Shown: one piece after another, positions 10,211 through 20,276 of the stretch
Layout: each line of letters opens with the position of its first letter
Numbering within the stretch: position 1 is the first letter of the stretch
Source: a virus
Direction: 5' to 3' (one strand)
IMG/VR virus record: IMGVR_UViG_3300045988_125079
Location: 79,838 to 143,837 of that record
DNA length: 64,000 nt
Made by a program: the position numbers and the translations under genes
Notes under the pieces: generated by a model
Database searches by the model: none
What the model saw: the letters and a program-made list of their open reading frames with translations, nothing else
Told to the model about the DNA's origin: nothing

Positions 10211-10483
10211 ATGACACGAGAAGAAACTATAAAGTTAGTTGCTGAGAGCATATTTAGCGATCCAAGTATTAAGGCAACTCAACGGCAAGATGATCTTATT
10301 AAAGTAATAACATGTATGGCTGTGAATGGTGTTGACCATGTTTTGTATAAAGATAAAAAATATAGACTTGATTGCGACGCAGGTTGGTTATTGTCTGACT
10401 TTATTATAAACGATTTTTATACATATCCGAAACCAATATACATAAATAAACAGCAGCCGCTAATTTGCAGGAGTTTATTATGA
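10211..10483 (+). CDS. hypothetical protein, CxSLL-tail family member 4 (90 aa)
   Basis: ATG at 10211 follows GGGGAAGGAA; the track start at 10166 lacks an SD. C-terminus is LICRSLL. Confidence 0.5.
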   Translation: MTREETIKLVAESIFSDPSIKATQRQDDLIKVITCMAVNGVDHVLYKDKKYRLDCDAGWLLSDFIINDFYTYPKPIYINKQQPLICRSLL

Positions 10484-11238
10484 ATAGAATTGATTTTCAA
10501 AATGGATCGTAGATTCAAACGATAGAAACCAATCACGACGAATCTCAGGATGAAGTAATTAATGTTTGGTCTGCAGATGGCAAACCAGTTAGAATCTGTC
10601 GTGAAAGCAATCCGAGCATTCAAGTGGTAAAACAATGTGCTGCAGATTATATAAAAAGATGGGCTGAAGTAAAACATTCAATTTCGACAATGCCTGAAGT
10701 ATCAGACAAGTTTGACTATGAGTTTTATAACTACTCCCCTTCTCCGACTATTAATACGATTGATTTATTTAATCGAGAATATGAAATGATAGTAAATGCA
10801 GAACGACAATCACATAAAGAAGAGGACGATATGAGAATTTTATTTGTAAGTCCAGAAAAATACGATGCCGTATGTTCTTGGTATGATAATTTAGACACTG
10901 TACAAAAACACCGTAAAGTAATCGTAATATGCAAATCGCCGGACGAATTCCGTGAAAAGTTTGACTATAGTAAAATGAATGCACAGTGTACTATGTTCTA
11001 CTTTGATGAATATCTTGGATTGGCTAAGTCGTTTGAATATTGCAAATTATTTACTAAGTTGTATGGAGAAGCTGATGTTAGATACATCTGTGGAAATAAA
11101 ATGCGACAGATAAATATAGATGATTTAATGTGCCGCAATACATTTGATTGGTTTAAAGAGTTTTCTGTCGTGCCAGAATGCTTGGAAGATCTTATTCGAA
11201 ATAGTAAGAGAGCCTTCGTTTGTAAGAGTCTATTATGA
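10480..11238 (+). CDS. hypothetical protein, CxSLL-tail family member 5 (252 aa, in-frame TAG at 10510)
   Basis: The ATGA-coupled ATG at 10480 is in frame with track ORF 10624..11238 through a single TAG. C-terminus is FVCKSLL. Confidence 0.6.
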
Positions 11239-11274
11239 TGTTTAATATAAAAAGCATTAAAGAGGTGAACACAT

Positions 11275-11463
11275 TTGGAACCCATCAGAGCATACGATCT
11301 CATCAACGGTTACTTTACACCAGAAATTAAAACTAATTCGTTTGTAATCGACAGAGCTAAAAATGTACAAGATGAAATTGAAGATTTACGAAAACAGCTT
11401 ATTGCTGTACAACGTGAGTTAGAAAAAATGAAGAAGCCCTTCCGTTGTGAATCGCTTCTATAA
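11275..11463 (+). CDS. hypothetical protein, CxSLL-tail family member 6 (62 aa)
   Basis: TTG start after AAAGAGGTG. C-terminus is FRCESLL, encoded TGT GAA TCG CTT CTA TAA. Confidence 0.5.
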   Translation: MEPIRAYDLINGYFTPEIKTNSFVIDRAKNVQDEIEDLRKQLIAVQRELEKMKKPFRCESLL

Positions 11464-11474
11464 GGAGGTCATTT

Positions 11475-11753
11475 ATGAAAGAAGATAATTTTTCAAAACA
11501 GGATATTTATAATATTGGATTCGCCGTAGTTGATGCGGTACGCGATTACGCAGTTACATATGAAAATATTATTGACGCAATTCAGATTTATGCTGAATGG
11601 CAAGAGTTAATTGGTGGTGCCTCGCTCCACGATACACTCTGGATGGATGATGGAACGCCAATGTCTCCTTCTTTGACGCGATATTTGTATTGTAAGCTAT
11701 ACGGGCTGAAAGAATATGATAACAACGACGAGGAGGATTATGGCGATGAGTGA
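11475..11753 (+). CDS. hypothetical acidic protein (92 aa)
   Basis: AAGGAGG SD and a TGA stop. Confidence 0.6.
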   Translation: MKEDNFSKQDIYNIGFAVVDAVRDYAVTYENIIDAIQIYAEWQELIGGASLHDTLWMDDGTPMSPSLTRYLYCKLYGLKEYDNNDEEDYGDE

Positions 11754-11922
11754 TCGCAAGCGTAATAAGGTTTCGAAGAGTACATATATGCGCGAAGCTC
11801 GTAAACAGCGCATGATTGAAAACCAGTTTATGCACGAAGTTGAGAAGGCTCAGGAAGCCGCGCAGCCCAAACATGATAAGTGGCAGCGTAACAAACGGCG
11901 CGAATGGGATGATGAAGAGTAA
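11740..11922 (+). CDS. small basic protein (60 aa)
   Basis: ATG at 11740 after GAGGAGGA. Lys/Arg-rich. Confidence 0.5.
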   Translation: MAMSDRKRNKVSKSTYMREARKQRMIENQFMHEVEKAQEAAQPKHDKWQRNKRREWDDEE

Positions 11923-11930
11923 GGAAGGAG

Positions 11931-12302
11931 ATGTATCGCAGCATGGATAAAGAGCCTAAAAAGCCGGGCGGAGAGAATGATACAGAGCGAGACGATATTC
12001 AGGAGATCCGTGTCAACTCTATTCCGCTGATGGTGCTTATCGCTGGTGTTTTAAGTTCCGTTGATTTTGTTGATTGGATGTTTACTATCGCAGAAATGCT
12101 GGTTGTATTCGTGCTTACATATCAGATTCTAGGGCGTGTGCTCTTTACTGCTCTGGTGGTTACGCCCATTTTGGTTGTGTTTATCAGCAGGTGTTTGGCG
12201 GCCTACGATGAGATCACGTATAGCGACGACGATATGGGCGGCGATAGCGAAGATAACGATGATGACCATTTTAACGACCACTGGAACAATTTGATTCATT
12301 GA
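11931..12302 (+). CDS. membrane protein with acidic tail (123 aa)
   Basis: AAGGAAGGAG SD. Two or three hydrophobic helices. Confidence 0.6.
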   Translation: MYRSMDKEPKKPGGENDTERDDIQEIRVNSIPLMVLIAGVLSSVDFVDWMFTIAEMLVVFVLTYQILGRVLFTALVVTPILVVFISRCLAAYDEITYSDDDMGGDSEDNDDDHFNDHWNNLIH

Positions 12303-12315
12303 GGAGTGATATTAT

Positions 12316-14859
12316 TTGTTTAGTCCACCATTATATAGCGTACTAAAATTTAACTTGAATTATATCGTTTCTCATAACTATAATTTTAAACTGACACCAG
12401 AAGAGATGGAGCAGTATAAAGTCTTGCAGGGTGACGATATGCTGTTCAGACAGATTCGGCTCATTTCCGACGACTAGAATAAATTCCAGCGCTTTATTAT
12501 CTTTGTTGATGCAACAGGCGGCCAAAACCACCCTGATGCTATCGATCATTTAGTAGAGCATGGATTCAAATTTAATGGTCAAAAATATCTGTTCTGTGAA
12601 CGTAGTGCAAGTATGGTTCGTCAGAGTATGTTGAGTTTTGTTGAGCGACATATCTACCCTGAACTCGATCGCCGTGTAAGCATGGAACTGGATTTTTCTG
12701 AGACACCAACTGTCCTGAGCAAGTATTATGCATATCGTGGTTTGATGCTGAGCAGCTGCCACTGTCTGGAGAACTGGTATCCCAAAATGATTGTTGTTCC
12801 AGATTATATGACAACGATCAAGAATCAGTGGATCGAGTACCTGGTAGACAAAACTGTGACGTTTAATGACCGCAAAACAGGCAAAGAACGTACCTGGACC
12901 CAGAAAGATATCGCCACAAAAACAGTTGACATTGATATCAACGCCTTTGATGGTGCTGGAATATGCCACCCAAGTATCATGCGCGAATTTGAAAAGCGTA
13001 TCGGTACTTCTGAACGGATGAATAGCTTGATTCTACGTGCTCCATATATCAAGGGTTGCTTACACGAGATTGATTACGAGCGTTTTTTTGAAGAGAACGG
13101 CGTTACAAAAATCAAGGATATCTGGGGTATGGAATATGATGTAACACCTGGCAGTGAACCAATGATTATTATTACTGCTTCAATGTACAAGGGTCTCAAA
13201 TATTTCAAGAAAACTGGTACCTATTCTGACTGGGAGAGATACTGGGAACTCTTCAAGAAGTACGATAACTGCCTTGGTGTAGCCAAATGGAACTTTACGC
13301 TTGAACAAGAACCGCTTTCCACCCGTAGCAACTATCAGGTTATTCAAGACCTACAGCTTGACAATGAGTCTTTTAAGCATCTAGCCGACGACAGCATTAC
13401 CTGGTATCAGAATATTGTCAAAGGCGACCCGATTTATACATACTGCTTCCTTGGTTTACTTGCCGAGAACAATGACCCGATGAATCATTACATGGCTGCT
13501 GCCCTGCGTAATCCAGTGATGGTAAAAGAGCCGGCAATCAAAGATTATATTCACTCGCTGCTTGATAAATATCGCAATGAGATGAAGTGCGGTCGGCTTT
13601 GGATGAATGCTACTTTTAAGTTCTGGGCTCCTGACCTTATCGCACTATTGCAGCATATTGGTGGCCTTCCTGTGACTGGCTGCCTTGAAGACGGTGAGTT
13701 CTACAGTTTCGATCGTCGTGGTGTGATGGAAGGAGACCGCTTAATTGAGCGCAATCCCCATATCTCTGTTGCTGAGCATGTAAAGGCCAAGGCCGTAGAC
13801 AACGAATACACCCATAAATACTGCAGCCATCTTCAGAATGTTGCTATGGTGAATATCAAATCCATCGTGGCTTCCAGACTTAATGGTTCAGATTTTGACG
13901 GCGACCTGGTTTTAATCATCGACAATCCGCTGATGATGAGTGGTGTTCCTGATAATATCCCCATTACACTTGATGTTGAAGATAAGATCACTGCGTTAGC
14001 AGAATGTGATATTGTGAAGAACAAAGTTGCTTGCACCATTCGTGGATTGAAAAGTTCTATTGGTGAGATCTCAAACTACGCAACTGCATACCATAATAAG
14101 GTTCCGACCATGGAAAAGACCAAAAAGCTCTATCACGATAATATTTCGCTTTTGAGTATCTGCAACGGAAAAGCTATCGATTATGCCAAAACCGGTGTTC
14201 TGTATCCGATCCCGCGTAATGTAGCAGCTTATGGTCGTCCTCTACCCTACTTTATGAAGTATGCAGGTCCTTACTACGCACGTTTACATAATCTCAGCAA
14301 GGCACATAGCAACATGAACCTGCTTTGCATGAGTCTGGAGCGTTGGGAGCGCGGTGTACGGTGGCGCAAAGAGCCGGCAGGCAGCTTTGATTGGCATATC
14401 ATGTACGACCCAGAGGTCTCCTATGACCAGGCAGTCTTTGATGAGATCGAAGCCATTTTCTTGGATTTCAACAAATGCCGCAAGGAACAGCTTGAGTTCG
14501 AAAAGAAATGCCGCAACTGGCAATTATATCATAAGGACATCGAGTCGCGTATTACCAAAGAAGAAGCCAAGACATATGAAACGAACTGGCAGGCGATCTA
14601 CAATGTCTACCGTAACAAGTGCAAGCTGGTGTGTCCTGATGTGAGAGAGCTGGCGAATATTCTTGTAGTGCTTTGCTATGAGAAGTATCCAAATAAATTT
14701 AAGAAGTTCTTGTGGCACATGGCCGGCGCTGGTGTGGTCGAAAATATCAAGCCGGTTCTTGTTCAGTTACCAGTTCACGACCCGAACGGTGAGTATGAAT
14801 ATCTTGGCCAGCGATATAGTTTGGCTGAACCGAAAACTTATGAAGCGAGGGTGAAATAA
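12316..14859 (+). CDS. YonO/RdRP-like single-subunit two-barrel RNA polymerase (847 aa, in-frame TAG at 12475)
   Basis: TTG start 9 nt after GAGGAG, in frame through the TAG with track ORF 12613..14859. GSDFDGD (13891-13905) is the DxDGD metal-binding signature. ERNPHISVAEHV and ERSASMVRQS resemble cellular-RdRP/YonO family blocks. Confidence 0.7.
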
Positions 14860-14860
14860 T

Positions 14861-15160
14861 ATGGATAATTTGAAAGATCCGGTTACAATGGATAAACCCG
14901 AGCAAATGAATACACTTCATTGTCTATTTTGCTGCTCTACAAAAGTATATCCTGTTGTTGGAAAAGATATAAAATGTAAAAACAAATATCCGCCATATCA
15001 AGAAATTAAAATTCCAAGTATTGATGGACTATATTGCCCTGATTGTAAAACAGCTTATGCTATAGACAAAAATCTTGACGATGTAATTCAGCAGTGTAGA
15101 AATATTTCGGGTGATTTAAATTTTTATCCATCAGAAATAAAGGAGAAAATTGATGTTTAA
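14861..15160 (+). CDS. zinc-ribbon protein (99 aa)
   Basis: SD GAGGGTG. CxxC...CPDC cysteine pairs. Confidence 0.6.
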   Translation: MDNLKDPVTMDKPEQMNTLHCLFCCSTKVYPVVGKDIKCKNKYPPYQEIKIPSIDGLYCPDCKTAYAIDKNLDDVIQQCRNISGDLNFYPSEIKEKIDV

Positions 15161-15413
15161 TCTATTCAAAAAGAAGAAACCACAACAGGAAGAAGCTCCA
15201 CAGCAGATGGAATGCCCCAAGTGTGGCGGAATCATGACACTGACAAATGGACTAACATATACATTCCACTGTCGGGGGCAAGAACTCGAAGCCTCAAATG
15301 TTACCGCCATGAAATGCGCGAATTGCGGCGAAATGATGTTTAGCTGGGACGAGGCTCAACGTATTCAAAAATTCGCTCATGAATCTGTGGGCTGGGAGGA
15401 TAAAACAGAATGA
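15150..15413 (+). CDS. YgiT/MqsA-type zinc-finger protein (87 aa)
   Basis: AAAGGAGA SD. MECPKCGG...KCANCGE pattern. Confidence 0.6.
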   Translation: MMFNLFKKKKPQQEEAPQQMECPKCGGIMTLTNGLTYTFHCRGQELEASNVTAMKCANCGEMMFSWDEAQRIQKFAHESVGWEDKTE

Positions 15414-15694
15414 GTTATCAGTGTTTTAAGACAACGGTTGTCACTTGTGTAATTTTGTTATGTTCACTCTTAGGTTTGGGAATCTGGGCATCCATTCCAC
15501 ATAAAAATGATACTGGCGACAAGTCAGTTTGCAACACAAAGACCTTATATCGTATTTCGGATACAGAATTGATTTATGATGATAACACAAGGATCTTATA
15601 TTATTGTTTATACAACGGTTTTATGTCTCCATACTACAATGCACGTGGCCAGCTTTGCCGCTATGTTAATGGCGAAATTGTACCAATCGAGTAA
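15410..15694 (+). CDS. membrane-anchored small protein (94 aa)
   Basis: GGGAGGA SD. N-terminal transmembrane helix. Confidence 0.6.
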   Translation: MSYQCFKTTVVTCVILLCSLLGLGIWASIPHKNDTGDKSVCNTKTLYRISDTELIYDDNTRILYYCLYNGFMSPYYNARGQLCRYVNGEIVPIE

Positions 15695-15709
15695 GGAGGT
15701 TATGTAAAA

Positions 15710-15862
15710 ATGAATATGGCCGCGTTAATTGCATATTGGAGAGCTAGACCATTTTCGTTCATAGAAAAGTATTTTCATCTTCGTCTATATTGGTATCAAA
15801 AATTATATTTACGAATGATCTATGATAGGAGGTTAAATGGCATATACAACTTTCTACTGTAA
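15710..15862 (+). CDS. possible small ORF (50 aa)
   Basis: ATG 10 nt after AAGGAGG. Overlaps the next gene by 26 nt. Below the track cutoff. Confidence 0.3.
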   Translation: MNMAALIAYWRARPFSFIEKYFHLRLYWYQKLYLRMIYDRRLNGIYNFLL

Positions 15863-16649
15863 TGAAAATATGTTGCTTGATCATTGGCAGGACTATCACG
15901 AGTCAAATCTGATGTTGCGAAACCTGCTAAAGCGAACCTCCCTCTCCCCTATTGAATGCGCCACGTTTTATTATGAGCGGATGAAAAATCCTGAGTCTGT
16001 CAGTTATGATCGCAGCCACTTGATTCAGATGTTCAGCAGAGGTCGTAAAAATAACGCGCCTATATTTGACGTACATCAAGTTGTACTTTATCAGAAAGAT
16101 CTGGACTATATTACAGAGGCGCGCCGAAAATATCATATCAACTACGCACAATTACGTGTTCTGTTTGGGGTGATATTCTTCTGCCGACTATACGGAAGTG
16201 ATACCTTTGCTTTGGACACCGAGTTTAAGATGAAACGTTTTGGTGGCTGTTTTGAAGAGCAGACAGAGATCATGTATTGCGCTGGGAAGAACTAGGATGA
16301 CGGCTATAATACAGTGCGGGGTATGAAGGAAATTTCTGACGACTATCATCTGCTGAACAGGACAGGTACTGACGACATTGGATGCTTATACCAGTACCAG
16401 AATTTCGCTCTTGATAAGAATGACACGATTGCGTACACGTTTAATGTGACGCTTGAAAACAATCGACTGAATCTAAGTGCCATAGTGCGAGAGTTGTTTG
16501 ACCCGAAGGAATGTTATTGCATCGTGTGTGGCGAACAGTATCACTCAGAAAAGCCAAATGCCAGCAGATATTGCAAAGGGTGTGCGGCAAAAAAAGAACA
16601 AGCACGTCTGGCGAAAATCAAGCGAAAACGCAGCAAATGCACGAAATGA
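15837..16649 (+). CDS. hypothetical protein with C-terminal zinc ribbon (270 aa, in-frame TAG at 16293)
   Basis: Track ORFs 15837..16295 and 16314..16649 share one frame and are joined by the TAG. AGGAGG SD. CIVCGE...CKGC motif. Confidence 0.65.
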
Positions 16650-16725
16650 ACTTTAGATTCTTAATATATGAAAGGGTGTTATATATTTCCCTTTCGATTA
16701 TAAATTACAAAGGAGATTTATTATA

Positions 16726-16923
16726 ATGGTTGAAATTACTAAAAACGAAGCTACATATCTGCGGAAGGTTATTCCCAATGTCCATATTACCCGTACCACA
16801 CACAAGTGGTATGCTGAGGAGATTAAGTCTGTTCTGACTCAGCTTCCTGGCAATGTAGAAGCTGAAGCCGCTCTGCGTGAACTGAACCGTACTCAAAGAA
16901 CCATTTCGAACTTCGAAATTTAA
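16726..16923 (+). CDS. hypothetical protein (65 aa)
   Basis: AAAGGAGA SD and a TAA stop. Confidence 0.55.
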   Translation: MVEITKNEATYLRKVIPNVHITRTTHKWYAEEIKSVLTQLPGNVEAEAALRELNRTQRTISNFEI

Positions 16924-16934
16924 CGAGGTGCTGA

Positions 16935-18134
16935 ATGGACGAATTTAAAAAGAATGCTTTTCGTAAGATGGATGATGAATCTTTCGATGAATATATGATG
17001 CGGATTGGTAGCGCGTGCCATGAGCACAATTTGACATAGGATGAAGCTGCCGAGATTCTGAATGATGCAACAGGTTCTAACTATGGTGAATGTCGCTATC
17101 GTAAGACCTATAAAGCATGGAAGGCTGGCTACGACTATGCGCTTGAGCATGAATGCGGAGATGCCGTGGCTAATGATATCCAACGTCTGAAGATTGAACA
17201 GGTAAAAGCCCGCGATGAACGTGCAGCAGCTAACAGAGTGTACCGCAATATGGCCAGAACGGAGTCTATTAAAGATCTGATTGCTGCTGCGGTAGTTCCT
17301 TATGACAAGAATAATTTTCTAAATGTCGTACAATATGAATGCAGTGATCATGATGTGATTGTGTGTCTGTCTGACTTGCACACTGGATCTGGTATTGATA
17401 CTGCATGGAATAAGTTCGATAAAGAAATTCTTAAGTCGCGACTTGAATCCTACATTGCACAGATTTATAACATCGTAGCTCGTCATGCCGCCGAAAAGAT
17501 TCATGTACTATTGCTTGGTGATCTGATCAATGGCCATATCCATATGAATACCCGTATACAAAACAACGAGAACAGTATTGAACAAGTCATGATTGCAGCG
17601 GAGCTTGTGAGTAATTTTGTGGCTGAATTATATAAAGTGTGCAGTCATATCGATGTGTATGCGGTGAGTGGCAATCATTCGCGTGTATTTCCAAATAAGG
17701 ATGAACAGGTTGCAGGAGATGAACTCGAAGCGCTGATTCCGTTCTATATGAAGGCACGGCTACAGAATCTGGCTGGCATTGAAGTAAAAACAGAGAAGCT
17801 CGATCCTACGTTTGGCGGATTTAAGGCTCGTAATAGTTTAGTGATGTATGCACATGGAGATAAAGACTCCCCTGCTAACGTCGTTGAACACTTGACCATG
17901 ATGGTAAAACAGCCGATTGATCTGGTCTTCCTCGGACATCGCCATACAAACGGAATGACAACCGTGCACGGTACAAAGGTTATTGAAAGTGGCTGCGTAT
18001 GTGGCACTGATAGTTTCGCGGTTGGGCTTCGTAAAAATGATGTTCCGCAGCAGGCCGTTGCCGTGATTGATGATGGCGGTCTGGAGTGTTTGTATGATGT
18101 CAAGCTGGAGAAGCCAGCAAAGATAGTAATTTAA
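16935..18134 (+). CDS. metallophosphoesterase (calcineurin-like) with N-terminal HTH-like segment (399 aa, in-frame TAG at 17037)
   Basis: ATG at 16935 is in frame through the TAG with track ORF 17166..18134. Phosphoesterase motifs present: LSDLHTG, GDLINGH, GNHSR, GHRHT. Confidence 0.7.
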
Positions 18135-18156
18135 CATTGTAATTCAATAGATTTAG

Positions 18157-18190
18157 ACGTTCTGGGCTTAACCGCTCAGGGCGTTTTTTT
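18157..18190 (+). terminator. rho-independent terminator
   Basis: 8-bp stem ACGUUCUG/CAGGGCGU followed by a run of seven T. Confidence 0.6.
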
Positions 18191-18208
18191 ATTATAAAGG
18201 AGATTATT

Positions 18209-18388
18209 ATGGACGACATTTGTTCTGTTTTAGCAGGTTCTAAACGTGAGGCTGTTTGTGCTGGTCCTGATAAAGACATTGAAACTAGTCTTAAAGGATT
18301 AGGGATTGATATTAGAAATGCTGATGGAGAATTGAAAACGGTTTATCAGATCTTAAAAGAATTGTCAGATAAATTCCACAATAGATAA
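18209..18388 (+). CDS. small ORF resembling a tape-measure fragment (59 aa)
   Basis: AAAGGAGA SD. LKGLGIDIRNADGELKTVYQILKEL is a typical tape-measure-style segment. The ORF is flanked by hairpins. Confidence 0.4.
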   Translation: MDDICSVLAGSKREAVCAGPDKDIETSLKGLGIDIRNADGELKTVYQILKELSDKFHNR

Positions 18389-18424
18389 ATAAACAGCTTG
18401 TTTGAAAAAGCAAGCTTTATATGT

Positions 18425-18512
18425 CGCAGGTGACAGCGCCGGTGTGCTGGCCAGCCTCATAAGCTGAGACAAGGAGAAATCCAGATGCGTTCGACTCGCA
18501 TACCTGTACCCA
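18425..18512 (+). tRNA. tRNA-like gene, anticodon loop CUCAUAA (CAU), long variable arm, encoded CCA
   Basis: Hand-folded cloverleaf. Acceptor stem is CGCAGGU/ACCUGUA with a C1-A72 mismatch. D stem is CAGC/GCUG with GG in the loop. Anticodon stem is CAGC/GCUG. The variable arm is 17 nt (GGA-GAAA-UCC). T arm is AUGCG-UUCGACU-CGCAU. Discriminator is C, followed by CCA. Non-canonical G8 and G14. Confidence 0.45.
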
Positions 18513-18549
18513 TGAAATTAAATTGTAAAGGAGGTTCCAGAATTCAAAG

Positions 18550-18810
18550 ATGGAAGAAAAATTTCACAAAGATTTAGGAGGCGATTACTTCTACTGTTAT
18601 TCCCGCCGTTGTGCATTCTTTATTCGTGCAATGGGAATTTTCTATGAAGAGATTGGCGAGCATCCAACTACGGGCTCTGTATATACAAAGTTCCACAAAA
18701 CAAAAAAGCTCAATGAAATCTTAAAGCTGTGGGATGATATCAAGTATCGCTTTGACAATATGTCAGATGACGGAACGGTGGTGAAGGACTATGGCCAGAA
18801 CTGCCATTGA
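18550..18810 (+). CDS. hypothetical protein (86 aa)
   Basis: AAAGGAGG SD and a TGA stop. Confidence 0.55.
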   Translation: MEEKFHKDLGGDYFYCYSRRCAFFIRAMGIFYEEIGEHPTTGSVYTKFHKTKKLNEILKLWDDIKYRFDNMSDDGTVVKDYGQNCH

Positions 18811-19789
18811 AAAGAAACCGCCACGCATTAAAGTGCCAGCCTCATGGAGTGGTGGCAAATGTATGTGCTGCGGAAAAATCTATGATGTGCGTAAGGGAAA
18901 TTTCTCGAAAACACAGAGTCAATGGTTTATAGGCAATGATGGATATCTGCCGTGGTGCAACGAGTGCCGCGAACGCATGTTTGAATTCTACGCCAAGAAA
19001 TACAATGACGAGGATGAAGCGATCGACCGTCTGGCTATGATGTTTGATACCTATGTTGATGATAAGCTGTTGGAGGCTTCTGAGCATTCTACCACATCCG
19101 CTTTGAAGATCAACACTTACATGGGACGGCTCAATATGCGTCAGCACGCTGGTAAATCCTATGACGATGTAATCGATCAGAAGAAAAAGGACGCACTTGC
19201 TGCCGGCGATACCAAGGGAACAAAAGTCACTCAGAGAATGATCAAGAATTAGGGGCGTGGCTTGGATGATCAAGATTATCTATTCCTTGAAGACCACTAC
19301 CAGAATCTTATTACACGCCATGAATGCAAGACAGCCGCACAGGAGATTCTGTTTAAGCGCATTGCAAAGGCAGAGCTTAACTGCGAAAAGGCCGATGCGA
19401 CTGGTGACACAAAGAAAATCAAGGAAGCCAATGATAACCTACAGAATCTAATGGGTTCAGCTCAGATCAAGCCGAACCAGACGAATGATAATGCACTGGC
19501 TGAGACGAATACTTTTGGCACGCTAATTCAGAAATAGGAAGAGGAAGAGCCGATTCCAGAACCGTCGCCCGAGTGGCAAGACGTTGATAATATTGGTAAG
19601 TATTTTAGAGTATGGGTGCTGGGCACTTTGCTTAAGATGTTCAACTTAAAGAATCCATATCAAGACGAATTTGATGAAGAGTTTGAACGATATACTGCTC
19701 ATAAACCAGAAACAAATGAGGATGATACCGCAGATACCAGCCTCCGCGAAACTATTTTTGGTATTGGCGAAGGCGGTGGTTCCGCATGA
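18791..19789 (+). CDS. terS: putative small terminase subunit (332 aa, in-frame TAGs at 19250 and 19535)
   Basis: Three same-frame pieces are joined by TAG. It lies immediately upstream of terL and overlaps it (ATGA). N-terminal zinc ribbon CMCCG...CNEC. Confidence 0.5.
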
Positions 19790-20276
19790 GTAAAGAGAAA
19801 TTAACAGATAAGGAAGTAGCGAATACAAAATCAGAAAAGATAATGAACGCAGTAGCTTTAAGAGCGTCTTTTTATCGAGCGAATCCTCAGCGGTTTGCAA
19901 AAGATTATTTAAACCTGACATTGAAACCATTCCAAGAGCTGCTATTGTTTTTGATGGTGAGATGCACAGGTTTCTGCTAGGTCGCCGCACGCGGGTTGGG
20001 CAAGTCCTTTTTGACAGCAGTTTTTTGCGTTATCACATGTATTTTGTGGCCTGGTTCCAAAGTCTGTATTGCGTGTAAAGTGCGAAGTCAGTCCATTAGT
20101 ATTTTGGACGAAAAAATAATGAAAGAAATCTATCCGAACAGCCCACTATTAAGAGCTGAGATAAAAAAAGTAGATATCAATAATCAAAAAGCAGAAATAA
20201 TATTTAGAAACGGTAGCTACATCAAAGTCGTTACTGCAACAGACTCATCACGAGGTTCGCGTGCGACTTTATTGGT
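19786..20276 (+). CDS. terL: terminase large subunit, exon 1 (in-frame TAG at 19978)
   Basis: Walker A AARGLGKSF. Ends ...SRGSRATLLV just before the expected Walker B DE. The downstream frame degenerates into intron sequence. Confidence 0.75.

Noticed and set aside
9400-11240. The CxSLL tails as a mere by-product of a repeated SD/ATGA junction.
   Set aside because: This explains four of the six copies. The motif persists with unrelated codons and separate SD sites at 10167-10184 and 11446-11463, so I kept it as a finding.
11235-11327. ATGA-coupled ATG at 11235 as the start of the sixth small gene.
   Set aside because: That frame closes after 30 codons. The TTG at 11275, which has an AAAGAGGTG SD, gives the ORF that carries the conserved tail.
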